Positions 10,601 through 19,775 are shown, numbered from the stretch's first letter. The stretch: 55,852 nt of DNA from an uncultured Clostridia bacterium (GCA_944391835.1 CALXVA010000003.1:1-55852); one strand, 5' to 3'. Notes: a model not told the origin generated them from the letters alone. A program made the numbers and translations.

Positions 10601-11878
10601 ATTACAAATAAATACAACAATATAACAGTAAATAAAATGACATTGGTAGATTCCGAAACAACACAAAGAGAAGTAGGACTTGACGTAGTATTTGTGCTAG
10701 ATATTTCAGGAAGTATGAGAAAAGATAGTATTGAAGGTATGCCTAAACTAATACCGATGGTGGATGCAGCAAATGAAGCTATAACAGAGATTATGAAAGA
10801 TTACAATAATCGAGTTGGAATAGTATTGTTTAGTACTGAAGCTACAACATTATTACCTTTAAATAGATATACACCAGAATCAACAGTTAATGGTGTTGGG
10901 CAATATTTAGAGGAGGAAATAACAGGTACAGATATAAGTGATGCACTTTATTATATTAATACTAATGTAAAAGAAACGTATAGAAGAAGTGTTGAAGTTA
11001 TTGGAGAAACATGTATTCAACTAGGATTATCTACAGGAGCAAACATCTTGTTAGATGAGACAGACACAGAAAAACGTCAGCCAGTAATGATACTATTAAC
11101 AGATGGATATCCATCGTATTCTACCACTAATTACACAAACGTAACAAATACGAATATTAGCAATGGATACGAAACTGGAGCACAGGGATACTTAACAATA
11201 TTATCAGCAAACTATTATAAGAACAAGATAACAGAACATTATCAAGATGCAGAGACCAAAATGTATACAATTGGATTAGGCAATTTGGGTACTTTTGGAA
11301 AGGTATTATTAAATCCAACTGAAGAAAATTTAAATGAATGTTTAGGGTCAGACCTACAATACGAGTTAGACTTATATGATTATTTAACTGGAGAAAAAAC
11401 AACAGTAGAAGATTCACTAACAGGGGAATTTACAGAAATAGTAAGTCCTTATGGAGATTATAGTTATGCAGATGGCTCATTTGTTGAAGAGATGACATCC
11501 GAAGAATTAAGTGATGTTTTCTCTGGAATAATTGAAGAGATTAATAAAGTGTATGAAACAACTACAGTAGAAACCTCAAATATAAATATGGATGTATATA
11601 GAATAGAATTTGAAAACTTGGATACTAATGAGAATATTACCATTGTTTTAGATAATCAATCACAAGAATACACATTACAAGAGCTATTAGCCTCATCAAC
11701 TGTAATTCAAGAAAATGGAAGATATTATATGGACTTAAAATCAGCTATGTTTACTAATGTGTATGTAATAGACATAACATATTATAAGACGGAAAGTACA
11801 GTGGGAACACTAACAAGTAGTTCGCTATTTAGCCCAATACCTTTATTAGGTGAAATTAGAAATTACATGGGAAAATAA
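7643..11878 (+). CDS. Large fibrillar adhesin 1: signal/TM, DUF11-type Ig repeats, three CnaB repeats, C-terminal vWA; no LPxTG anchor
   Basis: Repeated 'G(D/E).I.YTITV.N.G' DUF11 signatures; CnaB 'VTV.K.W.D...RP...YTF..LP.Y...YTVTE'; vWA MIDAS 'VVFVLDISGSM' and 'ILLTDG'. Ends PIPLLGEIRNYMGK with no TM. Confidence 0.85.
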   Translation: MKIENTLKKLLFILILIFSILLLVPKSVIGITEDNLRESNINGYREAVVERVEKVEKLVSREYWDWWTWVDTTSVSNSATLTNISVQKPNIEVQKSVITTTGSNNLVYAGEEVTYEINITNNGTRTEENIEVIDQIPQNTTFVSINDENTAEEILDENNNVIGIKWHVTVEPEETVTVSFTVRVNENVEGTITNTAMVNGKESNETHTAIIQNEKSSVITRNGEEVKIAKVGDQVTYTITAINTGDVAGAISVQDAIPEGTILVSAEGATISENNKTLTWENVNVPAGGSASVEFIVEVEKIDGEITNTAIVGGKETEENKVPTAEIEITKEVTDITRDGASVGKDVEVTEGDIIEYTITVTNKGSVELTNIVIEEELAGIEIETGSLNIASLPAGTQQVITATYTVTYENDIQNKTEKEIYNKVIVTGEYIADPENPNEIDTVEDEDEVSTTVEEMQRVSVTKGANKNENVKVGETIRYTIRVQNIGNVSLQNIEVEDIITTSAGTFNITVYSDIDCTIETTRISRLRVGETATLYAKYTVTQEDIDTQTAISNIATAKPEKAEEPTPSEPVETTTEVTVPAIDISKTATAIKKNGEIGFTQNIDRVRPGDVIEYTIIIRNTGNVTLNNIIVTDSLKVTVNGDEKEVDNATGVSTIATINSLAPYTEPVTITALYTVTEADTANLDRIRNTAIAIAEDGTTDRDDNETVSVNRDTSVTVNKIWVDNNDQDGKRPDTITINLYADGEQIQTQTITGTTYTFTKLPTYNEAGNVITYTVTENAIQEYTTTYSEDTFTITNTHIPETTSVTVRKTWDDNNDQDRMRPDSVSVSLSNGVTAVNTQTLSNANNWTYTFTNLPKYSNGTLIPYTVVENNVPEGYTAEVTGSIETGFTITNAHTPNLINISVTKVWEDSNNHYGARTPIEVTLNANGAVNQTVTITEADNWQHTFERVPEYENGVKINYTITETPVEGYQTTITGDVETGFTITNKYNNITVNKMTLVDSETTQREVGLDVVFVLDISGSMRKDSIEGMPKLIPMVDAANEAITEIMKDYNNRVGIVLFSTEATTLLPLNRYTPESTVNGVGQYLEEEITGTDISDALYYINTNVKETYRRSVEVIGETCIQLGLSTGANILLDETDTEKRQPVMILLTDGYPSYSTTNYTNVTNTNISNGYETGAQGYLTILSANYYKNKITEHYQDAETKMYTIGLGNLGTFGKVLLNPTEENLNECLGSDLQYELDLYDYLTGEKTTVEDSLTGEFTEIVSPYGDYSYADGSFVEEMTSEELSDVFSGIIEEINKVYETTTVETSNINMDVYRIEFENLDTNENITIVLDNQSQEYTLQELLASSTVIQENGRYYMDLKSAMFTNVYVIDITYYKTESTVGTLTSSSLFSPIPLLGEIRNYMGK

Positions 11879-11915
11879 AAGCAAAGCTTATAAAAATATA
11901 TAGGATACTAAAAAG

Positions 11916-12593
11916 ATGAAAACAAATAATTTAAAATTGAAAATATACAAAATAATTTTTGTAGTGTTACTAATAATTGCAATAATTATAATAGGTTTAA
12001 TAATATATAAATATGGCCGTAATCAAATAAATGAAAAAGAAACTCAAGAGATAGTAAATGCCTTTAGAAATATAATTGTATCAAATGCTGATGAAGAAAA
12101 CGCGCAAAATATAGAGAATACTGTAAATAAAAATCAAGATGAAAATCAAGAACAAACTAAAAAACAGCTAGAATATAAAGGGTATAAGGTAATAGGCATT
12201 GTAAAAATTGATAAAATAAACATAGAATATCCAATACTAGAAATTGGAGATATTGACCCAGAAAATGCAAAAACACCAATGCAATATTCTATAATAAAAT
12301 ATTGGGGAGAAAATGTAAACGATTATGGAAATTTATCTATAGCAGGGCATAACTATATAGATGGAACCATGTTTGGAAAAACAAAATACCTAGAAATTGG
12401 AGACATTGTTGAGCTAACAGATTTAACAGGAAGAACAATACAATACTCAATATATAATATTTTTGTAACAGAACCAAATGATGTGTCAATTTTGTTGCCA
12501 GACGATGAGCAAGAAAGAGAAGTAACTCTAATTATTTGCTCAAATGGAAACAAAAATAGACTAATAATAAAAGCAAAGGAAGTAGAAAATTAA
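11916..12593 (+). CDS. Sortase (class D-like), copy 2
   Basis: Paralog of 6917..7579; IAGHN, TLIIC, NRLII. Confidence 0.92.
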   Translation: MKTNNLKLKIYKIIFVVLLIIAIIIIGLIIYKYGRNQINEKETQEIVNAFRNIIVSNADEENAQNIENTVNKNQDENQEQTKKQLEYKGYKVIGIVKIDKINIEYPILEIGDIDPENAKTPMQYSIIKYWGENVNDYGNLSIAGHNYIDGTMFGKTKYLEIGDIVELTDLTGRTIQYSIYNIFVTEPNDVSILLPDDEQEREVTLIICSNGNKNRLIIKAKEVEN

Positions 12594-12708
12594 AGAAATA
12601 TTAGAAAGTAAATAGAACATTTAGTAGAAATAATACTTATAAAAAATGAATACTACAGAAGAATTACAGATGTCAGTAGTAAAAAAGTTAAAGGGGGAGG
12701 AAAATAGA

Positions 12709-15700
12709 ATGGACAATACACCAAAAATGGCGAAAAAGCAAAAAATGTTAAAACATAATGTAAAAAAAGTAGTAGCTATTTTAATACTAGCCTTAATAAC
12801 TTTATTGCTTACGCCTAAATCATCAATAGGAACCTCCTTAAATGCAGTTGGAGAAACCACAGTAACAAGAGTAGAAGAGCAGGAAAAACTGGTATCAATG
12901 GCATATTGGGACTGGTGGACACCTTTAAACAATATAAGCACACCAACACTAACAAACATAAGCGTAGAAGAAACGAACCTAGATATAAACAAAACTGTAA
13001 CAACCGAAACAGGAAGCAACAATTTAGTTTATGCCGGTGAAGAAATTGTATACGAAATAGCCATAACAAATAATGGAACAAGAACAGAAGAAAACATAGA
13101 AGTAATAGACCAAATACCAGAAAATACAACATTTGTATCTGTAAATGACGAAAACACGGCAGAAGAAATACTAGATGAAAACAATAATGTTATAGGAATT
13201 AAGTGGCAAGTTACAGTAGAACCAGAAGAGACAGTAACCGTTTCATTTACAGTAAGAGTAAATGAAAACGTAGAAGGCACAATAACAAATACAGCATTAG
13301 TAAATGGAGAAGAAAGTAATGAGACTCACACAGCAATAATAAAAAATGAGAAAACAAGTACAATAATGAGAAATGGCGAAGGAGTAAAAGTTGCAAAAGT
13401 AGGAGACCAAATTATATATACAATTACAGCAATAAATACAGGAGATGTTGCTGGGGAGATTTCAATAGAAGATGCTATACCAGAGGAAACAACATTAGTA
13501 TCTGCCGAAGGAGCAACAGTATCGGAGAATAATAGAACTCTAACTTGGAATAATGTAAATGTACCAGCAGGCGAGAGAGCATCTGTACAATTTACAGTAG
13601 AGGTTGAAGAAATAGATGGAGAAATAACCAACACAGCTATAGTTGGAGGAAAAGAAACAGAAGAAAATAGAATTCCAACAGCAGAAATAGAAATAACAAA
13701 AGAAGTAACAGACATAACAAGAGAGGGAGCAAGCATTGGAATAGATGCAGAAGTTACAGAAGGAGATATAATAGAATATACAATAACTGTAACTAACAAA
13801 GGAAGTGTAGAGCTAACAAATGTAGTAATAGATGAGCAACTAGAAGGAATAGAAATAGAAACAGGAAGTCTAAACATAGCAAGCTTGCCAGCAGGAGCAC
13901 AACAAGAAATAATAGCAACATATACAGTAACATATCAAAAAGACATACAAAATAAAACAGAAAGAGAAATATATAATAAAGTAGTAGTAACAGGAGAATA
14001 TATAGCAGACCCAGAAAACCAAGACGAAATAGATACAGTAGAAGATGAAGACGAAGTAAGTATACCAGTTGCAGATGTGCAAAGGTTAAGTGTAGTAAAA
14101 AGTGCAAATAAAACAGAAGGAGTAAAAGTAGGAGAAACAGTAAGGTACACCATAAGAGTACGAAATATAGGAAACGTAAGCTTGCAAAATATAGCAGTCG
14201 CAGATGTAATAACAACATCAGCAGGAACATTTAATATAACAATATATAGCGACATAGACTGTACAATAGAAACAACACAAATAGCAAGACTAAGAGTAGG
14301 AGAAACAGTAACATTATATGCAAAATATACAGTAACACAAGAGGATATAGACACTCAAACAACAATAAGCAATATAGCTACAGCAAAGCCAGAGGGAGCA
14401 GAAGAGCCAACACCAAGTGAACCAGAGGAAGTAACCACAGAGGCAACGGCACCAGCAATAGATATAAGCAAAACAGCAACAGCCATAAAGAAAAATGGTG
14501 AAATAGGGTTTACGCAAAATATAGATAGAGTAAGACCAGGAGATGTAATAGAATATACAATAACAATAACTAACACAGGAAATGTAACATTAACAAACAT
14601 AATGGTAACAGATTCGTTACAAGTAACAGTAAATGGAGACGAAAAAGAAGTAGATAACACAACTGGAGTTTCAACAATAGCAACAATAGATAGCCTAGCG
14701 CCATATTCAGAGCCAGTAACGATAACAGCTTTGTATACTGTAACAGAAGCAGACACAGCAAACCTAGATAGAATCCATAACACAGCAATAGCAACTGCAG
14801 AAGATGGAACCACAGATAAAGATGAGGATGAAACTATATTAGTAAATAGAGATACTTCTGTAACTGTAAATAAAATTTGGGTAGATAATAATAATCAAGA
14901 TGGAAAAAGACCAGAAACAATAACCATAAATTTATTTGCAGATGGGGAACAAATAAAAACGCAATCAATTACAGGAACAACATATACATTTGAAAAACTA
15001 CCAACATATAGTGATACTGGGAATGTAATAATATATACAGTAACAGAAAATGCAGTAGCAGAATACACAACTACATATAGTGCAGATACATTTACAATAA
15101 CAAACACTCACACACCAGAAACTACAAGTGTAACAGTAAGTAAAGTTTGGGATGATAACAATGACCAAGATAAAATGAGACCAGCTTCAGTAAGTATAAG
15201 TTTAATAAATGGCACAGACATAGTAAATACGCAAACTTTATCAACCGATAATAATTGGAACTATACATTTGCAAACTTACCAAAATATTCTAATGGAGAA
15301 ATAATACCATATACAGTAGTTGAAAATAATGTGCCAGAAGGGTATAAAGCAGAGGTAACAGGAAACAAAGAAGCAGGCTTTACAATAACCAACTCACACA
15401 CTCCAAATTTAATAAACATTTCTGTTACAAAAGTATGGGAAGACAATAACAATTATTATAATGTTAGAACGCCAATAGAAGTTACATTGAATGCAAATGG
15501 AATAGCAAAGCAAACAGTAACCATAACAGAAGCAGAGAATTGGAAATATACATTTGAAAGAGTGCCAGAATATGAAAATGGGGAAAAAATAAGCTATACA
15601 GTTACAGAAAAAGAAATAGAAAGATATCAAACGTCGATAACAGGAAATTCAGAAACAGGTTTTACAATTACAAATAAATACAACAATGTAACAGTAAACA

Positions 15701-16932
15701 AAATGACATTAGAAGAAACAGAAACTTCTGAAAGAGAAGTGGGACTTGATGTGGTATTTGTACTAGATATTTCTGGAAGTATGAGATTTGAAAGTAATGA
15801 AGGCATACCAAAAGTAATATCAATGGTAAATGCAGTCAATAAAGCTATAACAGAGATTATGAAAGATAGAAATAATAAAGTAGGAGTAGTATTATTTACT
15901 ACTGATGCTACAGTACTATTACCACTAAATGTATATACAGCAAGAACAACCTCTAGTGGAATAGGACAATATATACAATATACAACGCATGAAGATGCTG
16001 ACGGACATGACTTGTATTTTATAAATGCAAATGTAACAGGAATGGCACAAAACACCACTGAAGTTACGGGAGACGAAAGTATGCAGATAGGGCTAGCAAA
16101 AGGTGCAGATATGTTATTACAACAAGAAGATACCAAAAATCGTCAACCTATAACTATAATATTATCTGATGGTGTACCATGGTATTCAACTACAGAGTAT
16201 GATAATGTAACAAGTGACAACTGTACTGAAATATATCAAGACTTTGCAATAAACAACTATTTAACAATATTGACTGCAAATTATTATAAAAATAGAGTGG
16301 CTGAACATTACAAAGATGCAGAAGCACTAATGTATACAATAGGATATAATTTAACAACATTAACGGCACAAATATTATTAAATCCAAGTAAGGAAAATGT
16401 AAATGCTTGCTTAAACTCAGATGAGGCAGAAGCAATAACATTGTATAATTATCTAACTGGAAATGAATATATAATAAATGGAAAGGTAGTGCGAAATCCA
16501 TATACAGACTACAATTATGCCGATGGTGCATATATTGGAGAAATGACTTCAGAGGAATTAGATGAAATTTTTGCTGGAATAATTGAAGAGATTAATAAAG
16601 TATATGAAACTACAACAACACAAACCTCAAGCATAAATATGGACATATCTAAAGTAGAACTAGAAAACCTAGATGTTAATGAAAACATTACAATTATTAT
16701 AGATGATGAAGAAAAAGAATATACAATAGATGAGCTATTAACAACATCTACTGTAATTCAAGAAAATGGAAAATACTATATGGACTTAAAAGCCAATATG
16801 TTTACTAACAAATACGTAATAGATATAACATATTATGAAATTCCAGAAAGTACAAGACGAGCTTTAACAGGCTATTCATTATTAAGCCAGATACCACTAT
16901 TAGGTGAATTGAGAGAATATATGGGAAAATAA
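12709..16932 (+). CDS. Large fibrillar adhesin 2, paralog of adhesin 1
   Basis: Same domain order; DISGSM MIDAS; ends QIPLLGELREYMGK. Start placed at ATG 12709 behind GGGGGAGG. Confidence 0.85.
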   Translation: MDNTPKMAKKQKMLKHNVKKVVAILILALITLLLTPKSSIGTSLNAVGETTVTRVEEQEKLVSMAYWDWWTPLNNISTPTLTNISVEETNLDINKTVTTETGSNNLVYAGEEIVYEIAITNNGTRTEENIEVIDQIPENTTFVSVNDENTAEEILDENNNVIGIKWQVTVEPEETVTVSFTVRVNENVEGTITNTALVNGEESNETHTAIIKNEKTSTIMRNGEGVKVAKVGDQIIYTITAINTGDVAGEISIEDAIPEETTLVSAEGATVSENNRTLTWNNVNVPAGERASVQFTVEVEEIDGEITNTAIVGGKETEENRIPTAEIEITKEVTDITREGASIGIDAEVTEGDIIEYTITVTNKGSVELTNVVIDEQLEGIEIETGSLNIASLPAGAQQEIIATYTVTYQKDIQNKTEREIYNKVVVTGEYIADPENQDEIDTVEDEDEVSIPVADVQRLSVVKSANKTEGVKVGETVRYTIRVRNIGNVSLQNIAVADVITTSAGTFNITIYSDIDCTIETTQIARLRVGETVTLYAKYTVTQEDIDTQTTISNIATAKPEGAEEPTPSEPEEVTTEATAPAIDISKTATAIKKNGEIGFTQNIDRVRPGDVIEYTITITNTGNVTLTNIMVTDSLQVTVNGDEKEVDNTTGVSTIATIDSLAPYSEPVTITALYTVTEADTANLDRIHNTAIATAEDGTTDKDEDETILVNRDTSVTVNKIWVDNNNQDGKRPETITINLFADGEQIKTQSITGTTYTFEKLPTYSDTGNVIIYTVTENAVAEYTTTYSADTFTITNTHTPETTSVTVSKVWDDNNDQDKMRPASVSISLINGTDIVNTQTLSTDNNWNYTFANLPKYSNGEIIPYTVVENNVPEGYKAEVTGNKEAGFTITNSHTPNLINISVTKVWEDNNNYYNVRTPIEVTLNANGIAKQTVTITEAENWKYTFERVPEYENGEKISYTVTEKEIERYQTSITGNSETGFTITNKYNNVTVNKMTLEETETSEREVGLDVVFVLDISGSMRFESNEGIPKVISMVNAVNKAITEIMKDRNNKVGVVLFTTDATVLLPLNVYTARTTSSGIGQYIQYTTHEDADGHDLYFINANVTGMAQNTTEVTGDESMQIGLAKGADMLLQQEDTKNRQPITIILSDGVPWYSTTEYDNVTSDNCTEIYQDFAINNYLTILTANYYKNRVAEHYKDAEALMYTIGYNLTTLTAQILLNPSKENVNACLNSDEAEAITLYNYLTGNEYIINGKVVRNPYTDYNYADGAYIGEMTSEELDEIFAGIIEEINKVYETTTTQTSSINMDISKVELENLDVNENITIIIDDEEKEYTIDELLTTSTVIQENGKYYMDLKANMFTNKYVIDITYYEIPESTRRALTGYSLLSQIPLLGELREYMGK

Positions 16933-16933
16933 T

Positions 16934-17012
16934 ATTTGCAAAAGGGGACGGGCTTAAATTGTAAAAGAGTTAACATAATTTTTACAATTTAAGCCCGTCC
17001 CCTTTTGCAAAT
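16934..17012. terminator. Perfect 33-bp stem hairpin, terminator / REP-related
   Basis: ATTTGCAAAAGGGGACGGGCTTAAATTGTAAAA-13 nt-TTTTACAATTTAAGCCCGTCCCCTTTTGCAAAT followed by a T-run. Confidence 0.85.
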
Positions 17013-17018
17013 TTTTTT

Positions 17019-17047
17019 GTATAAATTTACAAAAAACACGCATAATA
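17019..17047 (+). promoter_or_regulatory. Candidate sporulation sigma (SigG/SigE-type) promoter
   Basis: GTATA-17 bp-CATAATA directly upstream of spore-coat-like genes. Confidence 0.5.
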
Positions 17048-17081
17048 AAATAGAAATCAATAATGAAAGGAAGGAATTTAT

Positions 17082-17270
17082 ATGCCAAATTTAAGTCAAG
17101 TAGAATTACAAAACTTAAGACACTTTATAGGAGCGCATGAAACATCTTATCAAAAACTAAATACTTATGCATCTCAGGCAGTTGACCCACAAATAAAGCA
17201 AATGTTTACAAAGGCTGCACAAGATAGCTTAAACACAAAACAAAAATTGATGTCTTTTTTAAATAATTAG
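17082..17270 (+). CDS. Small spore-associated helical protein (Coat F partner type)
   Basis: 62 aa, strong RBS AAGGAAGGA, 'KLNTYASQAVDPQIKQMF'; paired with the Coat F gene. Confidence 0.65.
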   Translation: MPNLSQVELQNLRHFIGAHETSYQKLNTYASQAVDPQIKQMFTKAAQDSLNTKQKLMSFLNN

Positions 17271-17282
17271 GAGGTATATATA

Positions 17283-17525
17283 ATGGATGAAAAAACAATG
17301 GTAAATGACGTGTTATCAGGAGTAAAGGCAAGTCTTGGGTCATACCAAACTGCAATATCAGAGACAGAAAATATGCAGTTAAGGCAAGCTTTACAACAAA
17401 TAAGGAATAGTGATGAAAGCTTTCAATATGAACTTTTTAAAACTGCTCAAGCAAAGGGGTATTATAAACCAGCACAGCCTGCAACTGTTACGGAAGTACA
17501 GACTGTAAAGACTGAGCTACAGTAA
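17283..17525 (+). CDS. Coat F domain spore protein
   Basis: 'YQTAISETENMQLRQAL...QYELFKTAQAKGYY' Coat_F pattern; RBS AGGAGG. Confidence 0.8.
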   Translation: MDEKTMVNDVLSGVKASLGSYQTAISETENMQLRQALQQIRNSDESFQYELFKTAQAKGYYKPAQPATVTEVQTVKTELQ

Positions 17526-17585
17526 AATAATTGAAAAACAGAGATATTAAGAGAAATTAAAAGAAAAGTTAAAGATAATTAAAAT

Positions 17586-17632
17586 AAAAAAGGATTTTAA
17601 ACAGATTTTAAAATTGTTTAAAATTCTTTTTT
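17586..17632. terminator. AT-rich hairpin after the Coat F genes
   Basis: AAAAGGATTTTAAACA...TGTTTAAAATTCTTTT. Confidence 0.5.
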
Positions 17633-17715
17633 AATATAAAATAACGTTGTTAGAAAATACAAAGTAAAAAGTCTTACGGAAATAGGATTTTTTATTAAAG
17701 AAAGGACTGTTTACC

Positions 17716-18714
17716 ATTAATATTTTAAAAAAAGTTGCAGTAACTACACGAAAATCAATTAAATTATTAGTATTAACATTTTTAGCAGTTGTTGTCTTAA
17801 TAGGACTCGTGGTATTATTTTACAATCCAACGTATGAAGTAAGCTTAAATGGAGAAGTTATAGGATATACTTCTAATAAAAGTGAATTACAAGAAAAAAT
17901 AAATACCTATACAGAAGCAGACGAAGAAAATAATATAGCATTTATTCAAATTGATGCAATGCCAACATATAGATTATGCTTACTAAAGAAAGATTTAGAG
18001 ACAAATGATGACGAAATATATGCAAAAGTTACAGAAAAAGGAACACCATATTATAAGTATTATGCAATAACAGAAGAGAAAGAAGAAAAATTTTATTTAT
18101 CATCATTTGAGGATGCAGAAGAGGTAATAGAAAAACTTGAAGAAAAAGATAGTGCTAACCAAGATGATTTAGGTATTGTAGAAAAATACGGAAAAGAGTT
18201 AAAAGATTTTACTAGTGTAAAGAAATGTGTATCTAAACTATATGAAGAAAAGGTAGTAGTACCAACATATACATATTCATATGCACCAGCATCAAATTAT
18301 AGTTCAGGTTCTTCAGCAGGAAAAGTAAGCTTAGGAATAAGTCTTATAAATCCAGTATCTGGAGTAATAACATCAAGGTATGGAAGCAACGACAGTGTAA
18401 GAGATCATACTCATGCAGGACTTGACATAGCAGCACCATATGGTACAACAATAAAAGCAGCTGCTTCAGGCACAGTTACATTTTCAGGAAATGCAGGAGA
18501 CGGATTTGGAAATTATGTAATTATTTCTCATGGAAATGGAGTAACAACAGTATATGCACATTGCAGTTCGTTATTAGTATCTGCAGGGCAAACAGTAAGC
18601 CAAGGAGAGGCAATAGCTAGAGTTGGATCAACAGGAAATTCGACAGGAAACCATTTACACTTTGAAGTTAGAAAAAATGGGGTTACATATAACCCACAAT
18701 ATTATACATATTAG
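17716..18714 (+). CDS. Membrane-anchored M23 peptidoglycan endopeptidase; probable ATT start
   Basis: HAGLD and HLH zinc motifs, GNYVIISH, TGNSTG. The frame extends upstream of GTG 17809 through a basic+TM anchor to ATT 17716, 9 nt after AAAGGA. Confidence 0.88.
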   Translation: MNILKKVAVTTRKSIKLLVLTFLAVVVLIGLVVLFYNPTYEVSLNGEVIGYTSNKSELQEKINTYTEADEENNIAFIQIDAMPTYRLCLLKKDLETNDDEIYAKVTEKGTPYYKYYAITEEKEEKFYLSSFEDAEEVIEKLEEKDSANQDDLGIVEKYGKELKDFTSVKKCVSKLYEEKVVVPTYTYSYAPASNYSSGSSAGKVSLGISLINPVSGVITSRYGSNDSVRDHTHAGLDIAAPYGTTIKAAASGTVTFSGNAGDGFGNYVIISHGNGVTTVYAHCSSLLVSAGQTVSQGEAIARVGSTGNSTGNHLHFEVRKNGVTYNPQYYTY

Positions 18715-18717
18715 AGA

Positions 18718-18828
18718 ATGTGGACAAAAGGGACACTCCTTTTTGTCCACATAATTTCTTTTTCCCGTATTTATTTCAAACAATTAGAAAAAGTGTGGAC
18801 AAAAAGGAGTGTCCCTTTTGTCCACACT
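18718..18828. repeat. Inverted doublet of the REP-like palindrome (copies 2 and 3); likely bidirectional terminator
   Basis: GTGGACAAAAGGGACACTCCTTTTTGTCCAC (18720-18750) and its exact reverse complement (18795-18825) between convergent genes. Confidence 0.9.
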
Positions 18829-18830
18829 GT

Positions 18831-19472
18831 CTACTTCTTTAAAAAGTAATTAAAACTTTTCTTAAAAGCGTTATTTTTTATAAACAAAGTTCCTGATTCA
18901 TATATTCTATGAACATACAAATCTGGCTCTGGTACATAAACTGCAAATTCAGTAATTGCTGTAAAGAAACCGGTTATGTTTTTGTACTCTGCATTTATGT
19001 CAGATAATACTAAATAATATCCATTATTATATGTATACAAGCATATATTTCCTGCGACTTTTGCTGAATCTATAAGTGGGTTTCGAGTCATATATTCAAT
19101 AAAATTACAGTAATCATCAAACGAGTTAAATCTATATATAAGGCATACTTCATTTACACTATTTACTTTTCTCTTTATTTTAGGTTTCTTTTTTGGAGTA
19201 GCATATAAAGTCTTTTTATTTCCTTCTGGCACAATTTTTGTAATAGTCAAAACAAAGTCATTTTCTGTCATGGCTAAAGCTTCTATTTTAACTTTACAAT
19301 CCCTAGTTTTAAAGCCTATTTTTTCTTCAGCTTCTTCAAGCATATCTAAGAATAAGTCTTGTGACTCTAAAGAATTGGACATAAAATCATGAAAATCTAT
19401 GTCTTTTTCTTCTAAATCACGAATGGATAATGTTATTCTTATTTTGTTTTCATTAAGTTTTTCAAATTTCAT
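18831..19472 (-). CDS. mecA: Adaptor protein MecA
   Basis: MKFEKLNENKIRITLS.RDLEEK N-terminus, 'IYRFNSFDD', 'LYTYNNGYYL'. GGAGG precedes ATG 19472. Confidence 0.85.
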   Translation of the reverse strand: MKFEKLNENKIRITLSIRDLEEKDIDFHDFMSNSLESQDLFLDMLEEAEEKIGFKTRDCKVKIEALAMTENDFVLTITKIVPEGNKKTLYATPKKKPKIKRKVNSVNEVCLIYRFNSFDDYCNFIEYMTRNPLIDSAKVAGNICLYTYNNGYYLVLSDINAEYKNITGFFTAITEFAVYVPEPDLYVHRIYESGTLFIKNNAFKKSFNYFLKK

Positions 19473-19775
19473 TAAATAAAAATCCTCCATAAACTTTAAA
19501 ATACTATTTCTTCATCCTAAGTATTTATAAACCACAAAATACAGAAATAGAACTATTACAATATTATATTTTGCATCTTGTAAAAATGTAACTATAAATA
19601 TAACACAAAAATAAATAAAATAAAAGATATTTTTAATAAATTTATTGTAACATAACAAAAGAAAAAAATAAATAGAAAAACTTTCCTAGAAATCTTGAAA
19701 AAAATCCATATACAAGATATAATACATAGGTGTAAAAATATGTGAATATATGCAAAAGAGGAGGATATAATAAAT

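Larger units (their letters stand above)
6917..16932 (+). repeat. Tandem duplication of a ~5-kb sortase+adhesin unit (6917-11878 and 11916-16932)
   Basis: Long near-identical stretches in the sortases and stalk regions, e.g. ATAGATAGAGTAAGACCAGGAGATGTAATAGAATATACAATAA in both copies. Confidence 0.9.

Noticed and set aside
7643-16932. Adhesin pair as a diversity-generating retroelement or shufflon
   Set aside because: No reverse transcriptase or recombinase, differences are not adenine-specific, and no inverted cassettes are present. This is a plain tandem duplication.
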